In this document: positions 36,478-46,043 of the stretch, piece after piece | Layout of the letters: every line of letters starts with the position of its first letter | Numbering within the stretch: position 1 is the first letter of the stretch | Source: a virus | Lineage: Duplodnaviria > Caudoviricetes | DNA length: 53,984 nucleotides | IMG/VR virus record: IMGVR_UViG_3300023184_002982 | Location: 1 to 53,984 of that record | Strand: one strand, 5' to 3' | Notes under the pieces: model-generated | The model's database searches: none | Told to the model about the DNA's origin: nothing | The model's input: only the letters and a program-made list of their open reading frames with translations | Position numbers and translations under genes: made by a program

Positions 36478-36846
36478 ATGAAACTTAATAAAGATTTTGT
36501 TCCTACTTTCGACCCTAATTTTTTTATCAGATGTGAAGCACACAGAATAATGCGTATCGAAAGTTTTATAGTTTATATTCGCAAGCTTGGTCATTGGAAA
36601 ACCGAAGAGGATATCAGAGAACATCTGGAGTGGGTTTTAACTGAAGCATTGGGATCAACTAATCATTTTTTATCTGATGATGAACGCTCTGAGTTTTTTA
36701 AAGAGTTTGAGAGAATTTTCCGCGAAGATGTTCGCCAGCGTCAGGAACGGTTAGCTGATTACTTTAAATACGTGTGTTACAATGGATTACCTCCCCAACC
36801 ACTTAGACGTAAACGTAAGCACATAAACGTGGACTTGAGTAAATAG
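36478..36846 (+). CDS. Hypothetical protein
   Basis: 122 aa, bracketed by repeats. Confidence 0.65.
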   Translation: MKLNKDFVPTFDPNFFIRCEAHRIMRIESFIVYIRKLGHWKTEEDIREHLEWVLTEALGSTNHFLSDDERSEFFKEFERIFREDVRQRQERLADYFKYVCYNGLPPQPLRRKRKHINVDLSK

Positions 36847-36873
36847 TAATTAACGGTAAACGATAGGAGAATT

Positions 36874-37269
36874 ATGATGAATTGTGTAATTAGAGAATTT
36901 CTTGAAACCGCAGTAAAACAAACTAAACGCCTCCATAAGGCTAATCCTAAATTCGATCAAGATGACTTGAATGAATATTGTGCAGAACAATTTTCTGATA
37001 TGATTATAAAGAGATGTGTTGAACTTTCTAATAATGGTGACGTTATATCAGAGTATTTTGGTTTGAATTTGAATTTTAATGTTAGTAAACGAGATGCTCC
37101 TTTGGATAAATCTGAACAAGTCTCTAAACTAACACACGCATTATCGTTGATGAATGAAGTATTATATAATTGTGATAGTAAGTATGCAAATGATCTTGAG
37201 AACCTAACTGAAGATTTGGAACATATTTCTGATTCAATTGAATGTGACGTTTTGAAGAATATATTCTAA
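36874..37269 (+). CDS. Hypothetical protein (contains FAELIVxEC-like module)
   Basis: QFSDMIIKRCV...ISEYFGL; AGGAG SD. Confidence 0.65.
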   Translation: MMNCVIREFLETAVKQTKRLHKANPKFDQDDLNEYCAEQFSDMIIKRCVELSNNGDVISEYFGLNLNFNVSKRDAPLDKSEQVSKLTHALSLMNEVLYNCDSKYANDLENLTEDLEHISDSIECDVLKNIF

Positions 37270-37301
37270 ATGGAATTAACGGTAAACGATAGGAGATTAT
37301 A

Positions 37302-37601
37302 ATGGATATTGATAATGATGCACTTAATAAGTATTTGAAGCTAATCAGAAAACGGAATAGACATATAATGAAGTTGGATGCTATGCAATTGGAGTTGGAT
37401 AAGGCTAAAGATGAATTGAACAAAGAAACATACGATCAAATTTTTATACAAACACTGGCATATGATGATATATACTTCCCTACCAGAATTTCATTCACTA
37501 TACATCGAGAAGATGGTAAACCGTTTTTGTATTCTTCGACAACCGAACAAGATTTGTATGATCGATTAGAAGATGCTTTCGATGATATAAAAACATGTTA
37601 G
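37302..37601 (+). CDS. Hypothetical protein
   Basis: AGGAG SD directly after the repeat. Confidence 0.65.
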   Translation: MDIDNDALNKYLKLIRKRNRHIMKLDAMQLELDKAKDELNKETYDQIFIQTLAYDDIYFPTRISFTIHREDGKPFLYSSTTEQDLYDRLEDAFDDIKTC

Positions 37602-37633
37602 CCAGTTAAACTCTAATTAACGGTAAACGAACT

Positions 37634-38122
37634 ATGATAACGCAACAAAGACTCCATGAATTATTTGAGTATCGAGAAGATGGTAATCTGATATGGAAGA
37701 TAAAAATAGGTAAAAGAATTAAAGTAGGTGATATCGCTGGTGCCTACGATCAGGGATATACACGAATATCAATTAATTATACAAGATATCCTCTTCACAG
37801 ATTGATTTTTTTATATCATCATGGATATCTAACTGTTGGGTTACAGATAGACCATATTGATGGGAATTCAGAAAATAATCGGATAGAGAATCTTCGAGAG
37901 GTAACACAGAGACAAAATAATATGAATTCAAAACTCAAGGTTACTAATACATCAGGGGTTAAAGGTGTATACTGGAGTAAAGCTCAACGAAAATGGCATT
38001 CTCGAATAAAAGTAAACGGTAAGAATACACATCTAGGTTATTATGATACACTAGAAGAAGCTGAATCCGTAGTGAAAGATGCTAGAAAAAAATATCATGG
38101 TGAATACGCAAGACATAATTAA
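37634..38122 (+). CDS. HNH endonuclease with C-terminal AP2 domain
   Basis: HRLIF, IDHIDGNSENNRIENLR, NTSGVKGV.W, HLGYY...EEA. Confidence 0.9.
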   Translation: MITQQRLHELFEYREDGNLIWKIKIGKRIKVGDIAGAYDQGYTRISINYTRYPLHRLIFLYHHGYLTVGLQIDHIDGNSENNRIENLREVTQRQNNMNSKLKVTNTSGVKGVYWSKAQRKWHSRIKVNGKNTHLGYYDTLEEAESVVKDARKKYHGEYARHN

Positions 38123-38133
38123 CGGTAAACGAT

Positions 38134-38334
38134 ATGCCATTCAGACTGACTGAAGAGATGTGTTTAATTACGGTTCCTGATGCTAATCGGGAAGATGGGT
38201 ATCGCCACGTGGATTTGGGTAATTACTACATGGACGATAATAATAGAAAGTGTCTGGTCACAACCGCCGAACTCGCAGACAAATATTACAGGTATGTGCG
38301 GGTTCCTATGTACATAAGGAAGAAAATCCAATGA
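38134..38334 (+). CDS. Hypothetical protein
   Basis: ATG immediately after the repeat. Confidence 0.5.
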   Translation: MPFRLTEEMCLITVPDANREDGYRHVDLGNYYMDDNNRKCLVTTAELADKYYRYVRVPMYIRKKIQ

Positions 38335-38594
38335 GTACCCGTATTGAATACATTGCCAAGAAGGTCGAGAAACGAATACAGACCCGTGAGAGTGGCACCT
38401 ACGACACCCGCAAGTTCAATTATGAGTTTGCTAGGGATATCATAGACATTTGTATTGATCTGGTAGAAGAGGGTGTGGATCATCGTGAACCCGCCTCGAC
38501 GTATGCCGATAAGATAAAAGACTACTTTGGATTGGGACTTACCGCAGAGGATACCATGCGGAACCGATCCACCTACTATGGGAATAACCCATGA
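38331..38594 (+). CDS. Hypothetical protein (FAELIVxEC family)
   Basis: EFARDIIDICI...IKDYFGL. Confidence 0.6.
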   Translation: MSTRIEYIAKKVEKRIQTRESGTYDTRKFNYEFARDIIDICIDLVEEGVDHREPASTYADKIKDYFGLGLTAEDTMRNRSTYYGNNP

Positions 38595-38839
38595 ACAACA
38601 AATGGCTGATCGATAAACTTGGAACCGATGCTGGTTTACTGAATTACATCGAACATGAAACGCCTCGTCATTACTTTATGTCATCGTGGGCTGTCGAGGA
38701 TGATGTGTATACCTTCGCCAGAATGATAGTAGACGAATGCCTGAAACAGTGCTATGATCGCGGGATGGATGACGAACTGTACGAAGGTCAGTTGAAAGCC
38801 GCTGCCTACATCGAAGAACATTTTGGAATTAAAAAATGA
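38591..38839 (+). CDS. Hypothetical protein (FAELIVxEC family)
   Basis: TFARMIVDECL...IEEHFGIK. Confidence 0.65.
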   Translation: MNNKWLIDKLGTDAGLLNYIEHETPRHYFMSSWAVEDDVYTFARMIVDECLKQCYDRGMDDELYEGQLKAAAYIEEHFGIKK

Positions 38840-40489
38840 ACATTCGGTATAAAATTGGTATGGTGCTTAAAAATGTGTCCAGTGATGTGTGCATTAAACT
38901 CACATCCAAGCATAACGGTAATGGACACTGGAATTCGACCAAGATCAATGAAGGGTCTTCAAATAAGAACCATCGTATTCATGAACATACTCTGAATAAA
39001 TTTTATAGGATCATTGAAGAATGAACCGTCATGACCTAGATATCATATATGTAACATCTTTTTACGACATTCCATTAAAAGGTCTTTGTCGGTATGAAGG
39101 CAAAATCCAGAAGTTTGAAACGGACTATGATACAGAAGAATCCACTATCATTTTCCTGACACCCATGCAAAGGTTTCGTGAATTGTGGTCAAAGTGGTTA
39201 TTTGAGATTTGCGTAGGAACACACCAGACATATGAGAATGGTAAACGTGCTCATTACTTTTATTGGCGTAAACCAAAGTTCCTACATGCAATTCTTTACA
39301 AACTATATTTTAAGAGACGGAGAAAATGATTAATTGGATCAGAAGTTGGTTCGGAAAAGGAAAGGTTCATGTTATATGGGAAGGTGTAGACCGTTCCGGT
39401 AAATCAGTTTCGGGTGACGCTAAAGCACCTTATGTGGGTGTATGGAATGAAACTGCTATGATAAAACATATCAAAGATGAACTAATGTATCAGCATGATG
39501 TAACAGTGACCAACATACAAATTCTTGCTCATGTTGAAGGATAAAAAATGAAAATCCTATTTGTATCTCACTCACCAACACAAACGGTAGTCACCGTAAA
39601 GAAAGCAGGTGATATTAATACCCCAAACGAGTATCAAACCCATCTATACAATCACGATGGTGGATATACTGAAAAATGGAAAATAACCAATACGTTTGAG
39701 GAAGCAGCTTATATGCACAAACAACTATGTCAAAAATGTTATATAACGGTGAACATGTGAGTCCTGAACTAACAAAAAAACTTCTCGATAAGTATCCTAC
39801 ACTTTATAACCAACAACACTTTTGGGGTTTCGAGTGTGGTGACGGATGGTATGATATTATTGATCATCTCTCAAATGCTATTATCACATACACCAATCCA
39901 AAATCTGAGTTTGAGGTATTTAATGTTGTGGTATCTCAAGTCAAAGAGAAGTTCGGTGCGCTCCGATTCTATGCTGACAATACCGACAGAGTGGTTGACG
40001 GTATGATTTGGATGGCTGAACATATGTCGGAACATACCTGTGAGATTTGTGGTAATCGAGGTGAAATACGTAATGGTTCGTGGTTGGTAACGCTCTGTGA
40101 TAAACATCATGAAGAACGATTGAAGAGAGTATAATGGAAGAAGAATACGATGTGGTGGTTGACGTATTGGAGAAGCATTATAATAAACTTTTTCATATGT
40201 CTATAGCACAAATGAATTCGGGGTATGGTATGGGTATCATGGATGATATTCGCTTTAAACAGATGGAACAATTGCAACAGGCGATTGATATGTGGAAAGG
40301 AAGAGAATGAAACGTGATATACGATACCTGACATACAGTGAAGTTCAGGATATATTTGAGGATGTCTATGCCACAGGATGGCCTGGTCCAAAAATCAGTT
40401 CTAATGAAGAGAAATTTGCTCTGTTGATCCAGAAAGCATCTATGAAGATCAATGGTCTAACAATTCCCGTTTTTGAAGAGGATGAATAA
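38836..40489 (+). other. Run of short, translationally coupled hypothetical genes (38836-39024, 39021-39329, 39326-39544, 39548-39760, 39757-40134, 40307-40489 and a small ORF between)
   Basis: Overlapping or adjacent stop/start codons; 39757..40134 has ECGDGW...QVKEKFG.LRFY...CEICG, common in phages. Confidence 0.6.
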
Positions 40490-40622
40490 TGATATTTGCT
40501 ATTTTAATTTTAGTATTTCTATTTGCAGGTGAACCCGATGTATGGGACAATCTGCATGACTATGCTATGCACGTTACGGCTGTTCCTGCCAATCAAGTAA
40601 CTGTCGTGAACAAGGACTGCAA

Positions 40623-40874
40623 ATGAAAAAACTGATTATAATGTCAGTGGTACTTTTAGCAGCATGTAGCAAAGATGATAAACCATTTATTGATGAGCGT
40701 GTGGCAGATCAATGCTTACGTAGAGAACTATTCAATGAATGTATGAAAATGCTACCCGCTGGTCCAGTGGCAACGAAGTATAATGATTGGGATGAGGTTG
40801 TGGCTGAATGTGGTAGTCAAGCATATTATATGTCACACCGAAAAGAAAGCACAATACCACAAGGATGCAGATGA
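40623..40874 (+). CDS. Lipoprotein
   Basis: Lipobox LAAC; DQCLRRELF.EC. Confidence 0.7.
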   Translation: MKKLIIMSVVLLAACSKDDKPFIDERVADQCLRRELFNECMKMLPAGPVATKYNDWDEVVAECGSQAYYMSHRKESTIPQGCR

Positions 40875-41086
40875 TGAATGATCGATGGACTGAACTAGCA
40901 GAAGAGTGTTGGGATGAACATCTAATAGATGGTTGGCATTTTGACCAAGAAAAGTTTGCCGAGTTGATTGTGAGAGAATGTTTGACTCAGGTTGATAAAG
41001 TAGATACTATGCTTGAAGATAATAAAGAGAAAACAGGTGTAGCATGGGTTGGGTTGGCGATTGCAAAACATTTTGGAGTCGAATAA
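40871..41086 (+). CDS. Hypothetical protein (FAELIVxEC family)
   Basis: KFAELIVRECL...IAKHFGVE. Confidence 0.65.
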   Translation: MMNDRWTELAEECWDEHLIDGWHFDQEKFAELIVRECLTQVDKVDTMLEDNKEKTGVAWVGLAIAKHFGVE

Positions 41087-41382
41087 TGAGTTGCTACTTT
41101 GAACGAACCAAGTCGGACTTTCCTGAGTTTGATAGAGTATACAATACGGTACTGCTGCCAGAGAATCCACATGTACTAGATGAAATGGCAGCGTATGCTA
41201 ATTTCAACATATACCATCATGATCTGTGGAACAGCACTGGAAGACGATTCGCCGAAATGATTATCCGTAAATGTATAGAAATAGATAAAGATAATCCAGA
41301 TGCTGCTCCTGGTGTTGAGATAGCAAAATACTTTGGAATACACGATGAAGTACAAGTACAGGGCAAAACGTCCCAAGCGTGA
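41086..41382 (+). CDS. Hypothetical protein (FAELIVxEC family)
   Basis: RFAEMIIRKCI...IAKYFGI. Confidence 0.6.
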   Translation: MSCYFERTKSDFPEFDRVYNTVLLPENPHVLDEMAAYANFNIYHHDLWNSTGRRFAEMIIRKCIEIDKDNPDAAPGVEIAKYFGIHDEVQVQGKTSQA

Positions 41383-42080
41383 TCAACTTCATGGCATGTC
41401 TCCATCTGAATTAAAGACACTGCTAAAACGCCGTGGTTACAAGATTGATCGGGACTTCTTTAAGTTTTGCATTGCACGATACAAGAATCGGTCATATCGG
41501 TTTCGTTGGTGGTATACTGGTGGTGAGTTCTTTGTGGATATAAGTTGTGTCCATTCCGAGTTTGATCGTTGGGCTAATAGTACCGATGATGTCGTTAATT
41601 TTTATAATTGGTTAGAGGGACACGAATGAACGAATATGAATGGCAAGAAAGAAGTTCAGCACACTTTTACTATGACCTTGATACTGGTAAAGTAGTAGGA
41701 CATGTAAGTAAGATGGTGGCTAATGATATCTACATTGCTTTGGTCTATACGGGTCAATATACATTTACTTTGGATGATGAGCGTCATCTTGGTCAGTACA
41801 TTGATTTGAGTTCCGCTAAAGATGCTGTTGAACACTTTTGGGCAATACAGAATCGTACACTGCTGGAAGGTTAATGCACCCTCGCGCCGTTGAATTTCTG
41901 TTTGAGATGCAGTCTGAAAAGATTACTTGTATCTATTGCGGATTCGACAGAATTACTAAAGGCACCCACCTAGACAATAATAACGGATTGTCGGTATTCA
42001 TGAAGTATAGTTGTCAAATGTGCAAGAAAGAATTCTTGGATAAAGAAATACCACAGGCACTTGACACCGAAGATGAATAG
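41345..42080 (+). other. Three short hypothetical genes (41345-41629, 41626-41874, 41874-42080; the last has CxxC...CxxC)
   Basis: Coupled ORFs. Confidence 0.55.
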
Positions 42081-42089
42081 TGGTAAACT
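42061..42089 (+). promoter_or_regulatory. Sigma70-type promoter
   Basis: TTGACA-17bp-TAAACT with extended -10 TG. Confidence 0.55.
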
Positions 42090-42120
42090 ATGCGTACTTT
42101 CTCAATAAAGGAAACATATC

Positions 42121-42279
42121 ATGAGTGGCTTGAACAAGATGATTGTAGAGATTATGGAATTGCTGGAGTCTGATGTAAGCGTCACAGAAATCAGTAATAT
42201 GTTGTGCGTCACTCCGACAATGGTAGAATATGTTGCTACGGAGTATCTTGGTTATATTGATGATTCAGAGGCTCCATGA
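42121..42279 (+). CDS. Small HTH-like protein (not in ORF track)
   Basis: 52 aa; VSVTEISNMLCVTPTMVEYV; AAGGA SD. Confidence 0.55.
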   Translation: MSGLNKMIVEIMELLESDVSVTEISNMLCVTPTMVEYVATEYLGYIDDSEAP

Positions 42280-42550
42280 TAAAAACTACATGGTGGATAC
42301 TTGATCCCAAAGGTGTTAAGATAGGCTATACAGAAGACTTTGTTTATGCTATAGAATTACGCGATCACGGATTTAATATCATACAGGAGGAACCTGACGA
42401 TGTTCGGGCTGCTGCTTAACTTCATCCTGATGACTCTGTTTTGGGTTTGGGCAGTAGATCATTTTCAAGAAGACCGGAATATACAAGGTTGGTTCAATCT
42501 GGTCATGTCGGCAGCTAATGGTGCGTTTATATTATTTTACTTATTTTAAT

Positions 42551-42926
42551 ATGTATAGAGTAGATGTCCTCCGGTACATGACCGGAAAAAAACCCGATGT
42601 GGTTTTTACAAAAGAGTTTGAGACTCGCGGTGAAGCTAAAGACTATTACGAAGACTACAACAAAGGTGTCTTTCGTAATGCTTACTTACGTAATCCGGAC
42701 TTTTATTTCGTTGCAGTATATGTTGGTGGTAAAGTATTTGACCTTTATGGAGATAGACATGGAAAATGATTTTTGGAAGTTTATTGTTGGATTGGTAGTA
42801 TTTTTTGGTATTCTGTTTGGCGCATTGTCATACTCATCTACCCTTCGTACTGAATGTAAAATGTTGGCAATGGAGAAAGGATATTCCGCCATAGAAATCC
42901 AAGGAATTTGCGGTACACACGACTAA
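42551..42926 (+). other. Two short hypothetical genes (42551-42769; 42759-42926 with a TM helix)
   Basis: Coupled ORFs ending just before the terminator. Confidence 0.55.
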
Positions 42927-42941
42927 TCCGTAATTAACGGT

Positions 42942-42971
42942 AAAAAAGCCACAGTGATGTGGCTTTTTTTT
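42942..42971. terminator. Bidirectional rho-independent terminator
   Basis: AAAAAAGCCACA-GTGA-TGTGGCTTTTTTTT. Confidence 0.85.
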
Positions 42972-42996
42972 ATTTCAAAATATTTGCAAATAAAGC

Positions 42997-43026
42997 TTGA
43001 CAAGGTTTTCGAAGTGTGGTTATAAT
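42997..43026 (+). promoter_or_regulatory. Consensus sigma70 promoter pointing antisense into 43058..44671
   Basis: TTGACA-18bp-TATAAT with an A/T-rich upstream element. Confidence 0.65.
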
Positions 43027-43057
43027 GCTGTGTCGCCATTGAAGTTATTAATGGTAA

Positions 43058-44671
43058 TTAAGATACAATGTAATGAGGTGCTGATTTGAATTCATGGATT
43101 ATCTCCTTACCAGCAGTATCCTGAATGGTTTGTGTGATGGCATTCCGCATTCCAGTGTAATCATCCAAGTCAAACACTTTATGTGCTTTCTTAGTAATTA
43201 ATCCATAGATGGTAACAAACATCTTTTGTTTAAAGTACAATTGAAAGTTCTTATTACCTTCATTTAAAAAGTAAGAAATCTGAGCATGAGCAAAGTGTGC
43301 TTTGATTGTCTTAACTCTGGTATCTTTTGCACCAGGATACTTCTTATCGAAATGTCTTACTGCATTAATAAATTCATTCTGGTACTGAGTGTATGATGGA
43401 GTACTGTTGATTCCTTTATTACCAGTATAATCATCGTACCGATCAAAAAATTCTTTGACACCCTTCACTAAAGTTCCATAAACAATCTTCTGTTTAGACA
43501 ACTCAGAATGTGCCGTGGTCTTCAATGCTTTAATCTTCTCAAATGCTTCAGGATTCTTTGCTTGAAGTTTTTCAGTAAACTTATCAAATACCGACAATCT
43601 AAGTTCAACCATCTTTTTGACTGTTCTACCGTATTCTGGATACTCTTTGGCTATTCGCTCAAATGCTGGAATACTGGCACCACCAACCCACTGTTTGTCC
43701 TTAAACTCACGGGTACTAGCGTCAAACTGTCCATTCCAACCTGCACTGTGACCTTGTGCATACAAATTGAATCGTAAATTGTAATCCTCAAGAGGTTGAT
43801 TGGTTCTACGATCAATTAACTTCTTAAAATTGAAGTTTACTGGAAATACCCAATTCAACAACTCATGCATAATAAACTTATCAAAGTCAATCTCAATTAC
43901 TGTATCAATGATATGTTTGGTTTTATTGGGTTCATCTAATATCGCCGCAAGCATCTTCATAAACGGATCAATGTCTTCGCTGGAATTATTTTTCGTATCT
44001 AAACTAACCAATGATATTTTCGGTAAACTTGTTACATTTGTAGGAAGTTTTAATGACACCGGAATCAGCGTTCCTTCCTTCATGTACTTACCCATCATGC
44101 TTGCATAGTCATTGGTTCCAGATTTTCCCCATACCCCTTCTTTCAAAATGGTTTTAGGATCACTAAATGTACGTTTGAAGTCATCCATGATTTTCTTTTT
44201 CTCTGATGACTTAACGAAGAATACATCAACAGCAGAAAAGATGTCAACTTTTACAGATTTTGGATAACCAAATGCTGTTTTGATATTCGTAAGACAATTG
44301 TCTTTGACTGTCTTGGTGAATGGATCATCTTGATCAAGGAATTCGTATTGATTTAGCGGAAACTTAAACATTCGAGATTCCACACAGGCTCTTGCTACAT
44401 TGTAAACTTTTTTAGCAGTCGTATGAAATGATGGTTTACCTGTGGCAGTTTTGGTAACGGCAAATTCCGTTTTTACTTTATCAATCGGAAAAGTATTCGA
44501 TAAATATTTTTTCTTGTAGTTAGTAACGTTTTCCTTACCAGAAAAAAGCGTGTAGAATCTGATGGCATGTTCAGTATCTTTGTTACCAACAGGTTTTTCG
44601 TATTTTGGATGTTCAGCAAAGTATGAAAGTGCTAAACATTGTGCTAATTCTTTGGTATTAACTTTTGCCAT
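43058..44671 (-). CDS. Large putative PD-(D/E)XK nuclease-like protein
   Basis: N-terminal KELAQC helix, DIFSAVDVFFV and LIPVSLK pattern; GATAAATA late-promoter-like site at 44708-44701. Confidence 0.5.
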   Translation of the reverse strand: MAKVNTKELAQCLALSYFAEHPKYEKPVGNKDTEHAIRFYTLFSGKENVTNYKKKYLSNTFPIDKVKTEFAVTKTATGKPSFHTTAKKVYNVARACVESRMFKFPLNQYEFLDQDDPFTKTVKDNCLTNIKTAFGYPKSVKVDIFSAVDVFFVKSSEKKKIMDDFKRTFSDPKTILKEGVWGKSGTNDYASMMGKYMKEGTLIPVSLKLPTNVTSLPKISLVSLDTKNNSSEDIDPFMKMLAAILDEPNKTKHIIDTVIEIDFDKFIMHELLNWVFPVNFNFKKLIDRRTNQPLEDYNLRFNLYAQGHSAGWNGQFDASTREFKDKQWVGGASIPAFERIAKEYPEYGRTVKKMVELRLSVFDKFTEKLQAKNPEAFEKIKALKTTAHSELSKQKIVYGTLVKGVKEFFDRYDDYTGNKGINSTPSYTQYQNEFINAVRHFDKKYPGAKDTRVKTIKAHFAHAQISYFLNEGNKNFQLYFKQKMFVTIYGLITKKAHKVFDLDDYTGMRNAITQTIQDTAGKEIIHEFKSAPHYIVS

Positions 44672-44748
44672 GTGGTTTTCCAGTAAAATGATGATGATAT
44701 TATTTATCCGACCTTGACTTAATTGATTTTTTATGTGAAAATCTGACC

Positions 44749-44943
44749 ATGACTACTAAAAAAATATGGGTTGACCCACCAGCGGGTTGGAAATACGGCT
44801 TTCCAAAGGTTTATGATCAAGAAATCGATGGTGACATGACAAAATGGATGTTAAAAGAAGGTTATCCGCAGAGAGAAATCGATTCTTGCGGCAATCACTT
44901 CCATGTTCGCATGTGGGATTTTGACGAAAACGCCGAAAAATAG
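44749..44943 (+). CDS. Small conserved phage protein
   Basis: VDPPAGWKYGFPK...GYPQ; upstream TTGACT-17bp-GAAAAT. Confidence 0.65.
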   Translation: MTTKKIWVDPPAGWKYGFPKVYDQEIDGDMTKWMLKEGYPQREIDSCGNHFHVRMWDFDENAEK

Positions 44944-44992
44944 CGTTTTTATGCATCCGTTAATGTTTTTATGCAAAACCTAAAGAAAAAAC

Positions 44993-45427
44993 ATGAATTT
45001 ATTCAAAAAAAATAAGCCAGTAGACGATGAAATTGACGAAATTTCGACATTTCCCGAAGAATATGATGGATTTTACTTCGTTCCGACTTATGAAGACTCT
45101 GAAGAAAGCTATCAACTAGCATTTTTCAACTTTAAAGCAGAAATGGCAAATGCCAAACCCGTAGAAACGTCAGATGTGGGCAATAAATTCCATTTGGCGT
45201 TCTTTACACAGGCTGATGACGGTTCTCCAGTGTTCGATGACTCGTTTGAAGCCATTCTTGCCGATCCAATCATTTATGTGAACAACCTAGTGGGTACCGG
45301 ACTGTCTGGTTGCATCTGTCGGAAAACCGACAAATCGGAAATTTGGTTTGAAGACTACCTAAATTATGTAACTGGTGGCGATTTTAAATTAAAAGTAAAA
45401 CAAGCGTTTTCTAATCTTGCGGAGTGA
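44993..45427 (+). CDS. Acidic hypothetical protein
   Basis: 144-aa ORF. Confidence 0.6.
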   Translation: MNLFKKNKPVDDEIDEISTFPEEYDGFYFVPTYEDSEESYQLAFFNFKAEMANAKPVETSDVGNKFHLAFFTQADDGSPVFDDSFEAILADPIIYVNNLVGTGLSGCICRKTDKSEIWFEDYLNYVTGGDFKLKVKQAFSNLAE

Positions 45428-45720
45428 CCATGCCAAAATATATTGTTGAACAATTGATGACTTATCGTAACGTGTACGTTGTTGAGGCAAATGACGAAAC
45501 ACAAGCAATTAAAGTTGCTGAGAATGCCGATGATAATTGGCAAAAGTTCCTTGGTACGACAACAATCGATATCAATGAATATACCGAAGAACGAATTGCG
45601 TATTTTAAACAAAAAGAATACTTTTGGGATGGATGTTCTTACATAGATTCAGAGGGTTTTCTGGCATATAAGTATCCAGATGGCAATAATAACGAACCAA
45701 AGGAAATATTTGTCAAATGA
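45424..45720 (+). CDS. Hypothetical protein
   Basis: YVVEA.DE..A motif. Confidence 0.6.
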   Translation: MTMPKYIVEQLMTYRNVYVVEANDETQAIKVAENADDNWQKFLGTTTIDINEYTEERIAYFKQKEYFWDGCSYIDSEGFLAYKYPDGNNNEPKEIFVK

Positions 45721-45908
45721 GTAAAACTTGGACGTTAACAGTACAGAAGTTTGAAGACGGTGATGAGTATTTGGAGTTTCCACAAGAAGTTATGGATGAA
45801 GCAGGATGGCAACCAGGCGATACTTTGAAGTGGACTGATAACGGTGATGGTTCATGGACATTATCAAAGATTAATGAAAATCCTGAGTCTTCTGACGATC
45901 AGAAATGA
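45717..45908 (+). CDS. AbrB/MazE-like small protein
   Basis: LEFPQEVMDEAGWQPGDTLKW..NGDGSWTL. Confidence 0.65.
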   Translation: MSKTWTLTVQKFEDGDEYLEFPQEVMDEAGWQPGDTLKWTDNGDGSWTLSKINENPESSDDQK

Positions 45909-45944
45909 TTAAATAGAACAGCAGTACCAACTAAGGAGAAGACT

Positions 45945-46019
45945 ATGAAGTGGACTACACCCTCGGCACAAGATATGCGTTTTGGTTTTGAAATTACCAT
46001 GTACATCGCAAATCGATAA
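45945..46019 (+). CDS. pqqA: Pyrroloquinoline quinone precursor peptide (not in ORF track)
   Basis: MKWTTPSAQDMRFGFEITMYIANR, 24 aa with W..P..D.R.GFE.TMY..NR; AAGGAG SD; terminator follows. Confidence 0.92.
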   Translation: MKWTTPSAQDMRFGFEITMYIANR

Positions 46020-46022
46020 AAT

Positions 46023-46043
46023 AAGGGAACTTCGGTTCCCTTT
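46023..46043. terminator. Terminator hairpin with cUUCGg tetraloop between convergent genes
   Basis: AAGGGAAC-TTCG-GTTCCCTT-T. Confidence 0.85.

Larger units (their letters stand above)
36449..38133 (+). repeat. Five direct repeats of (T)AATTAACGGTAAACGA(T) at consecutive gene junctions
   Basis: 36449-36466, 36847-36864, 37274-37290, 37614-37630, 38116-38133; partial sixth copy at 42931-42944; reverse complement of the cassette spacer motif. Confidence 0.92.

Noticed and set aside
27165-38133. CRISPR array interpretation of the repeats
   Set aside because: Spacing is 200-1400 bp, irregular and filled with ORFs; left-hand repeats are promoter-shaped; no cas genes seen
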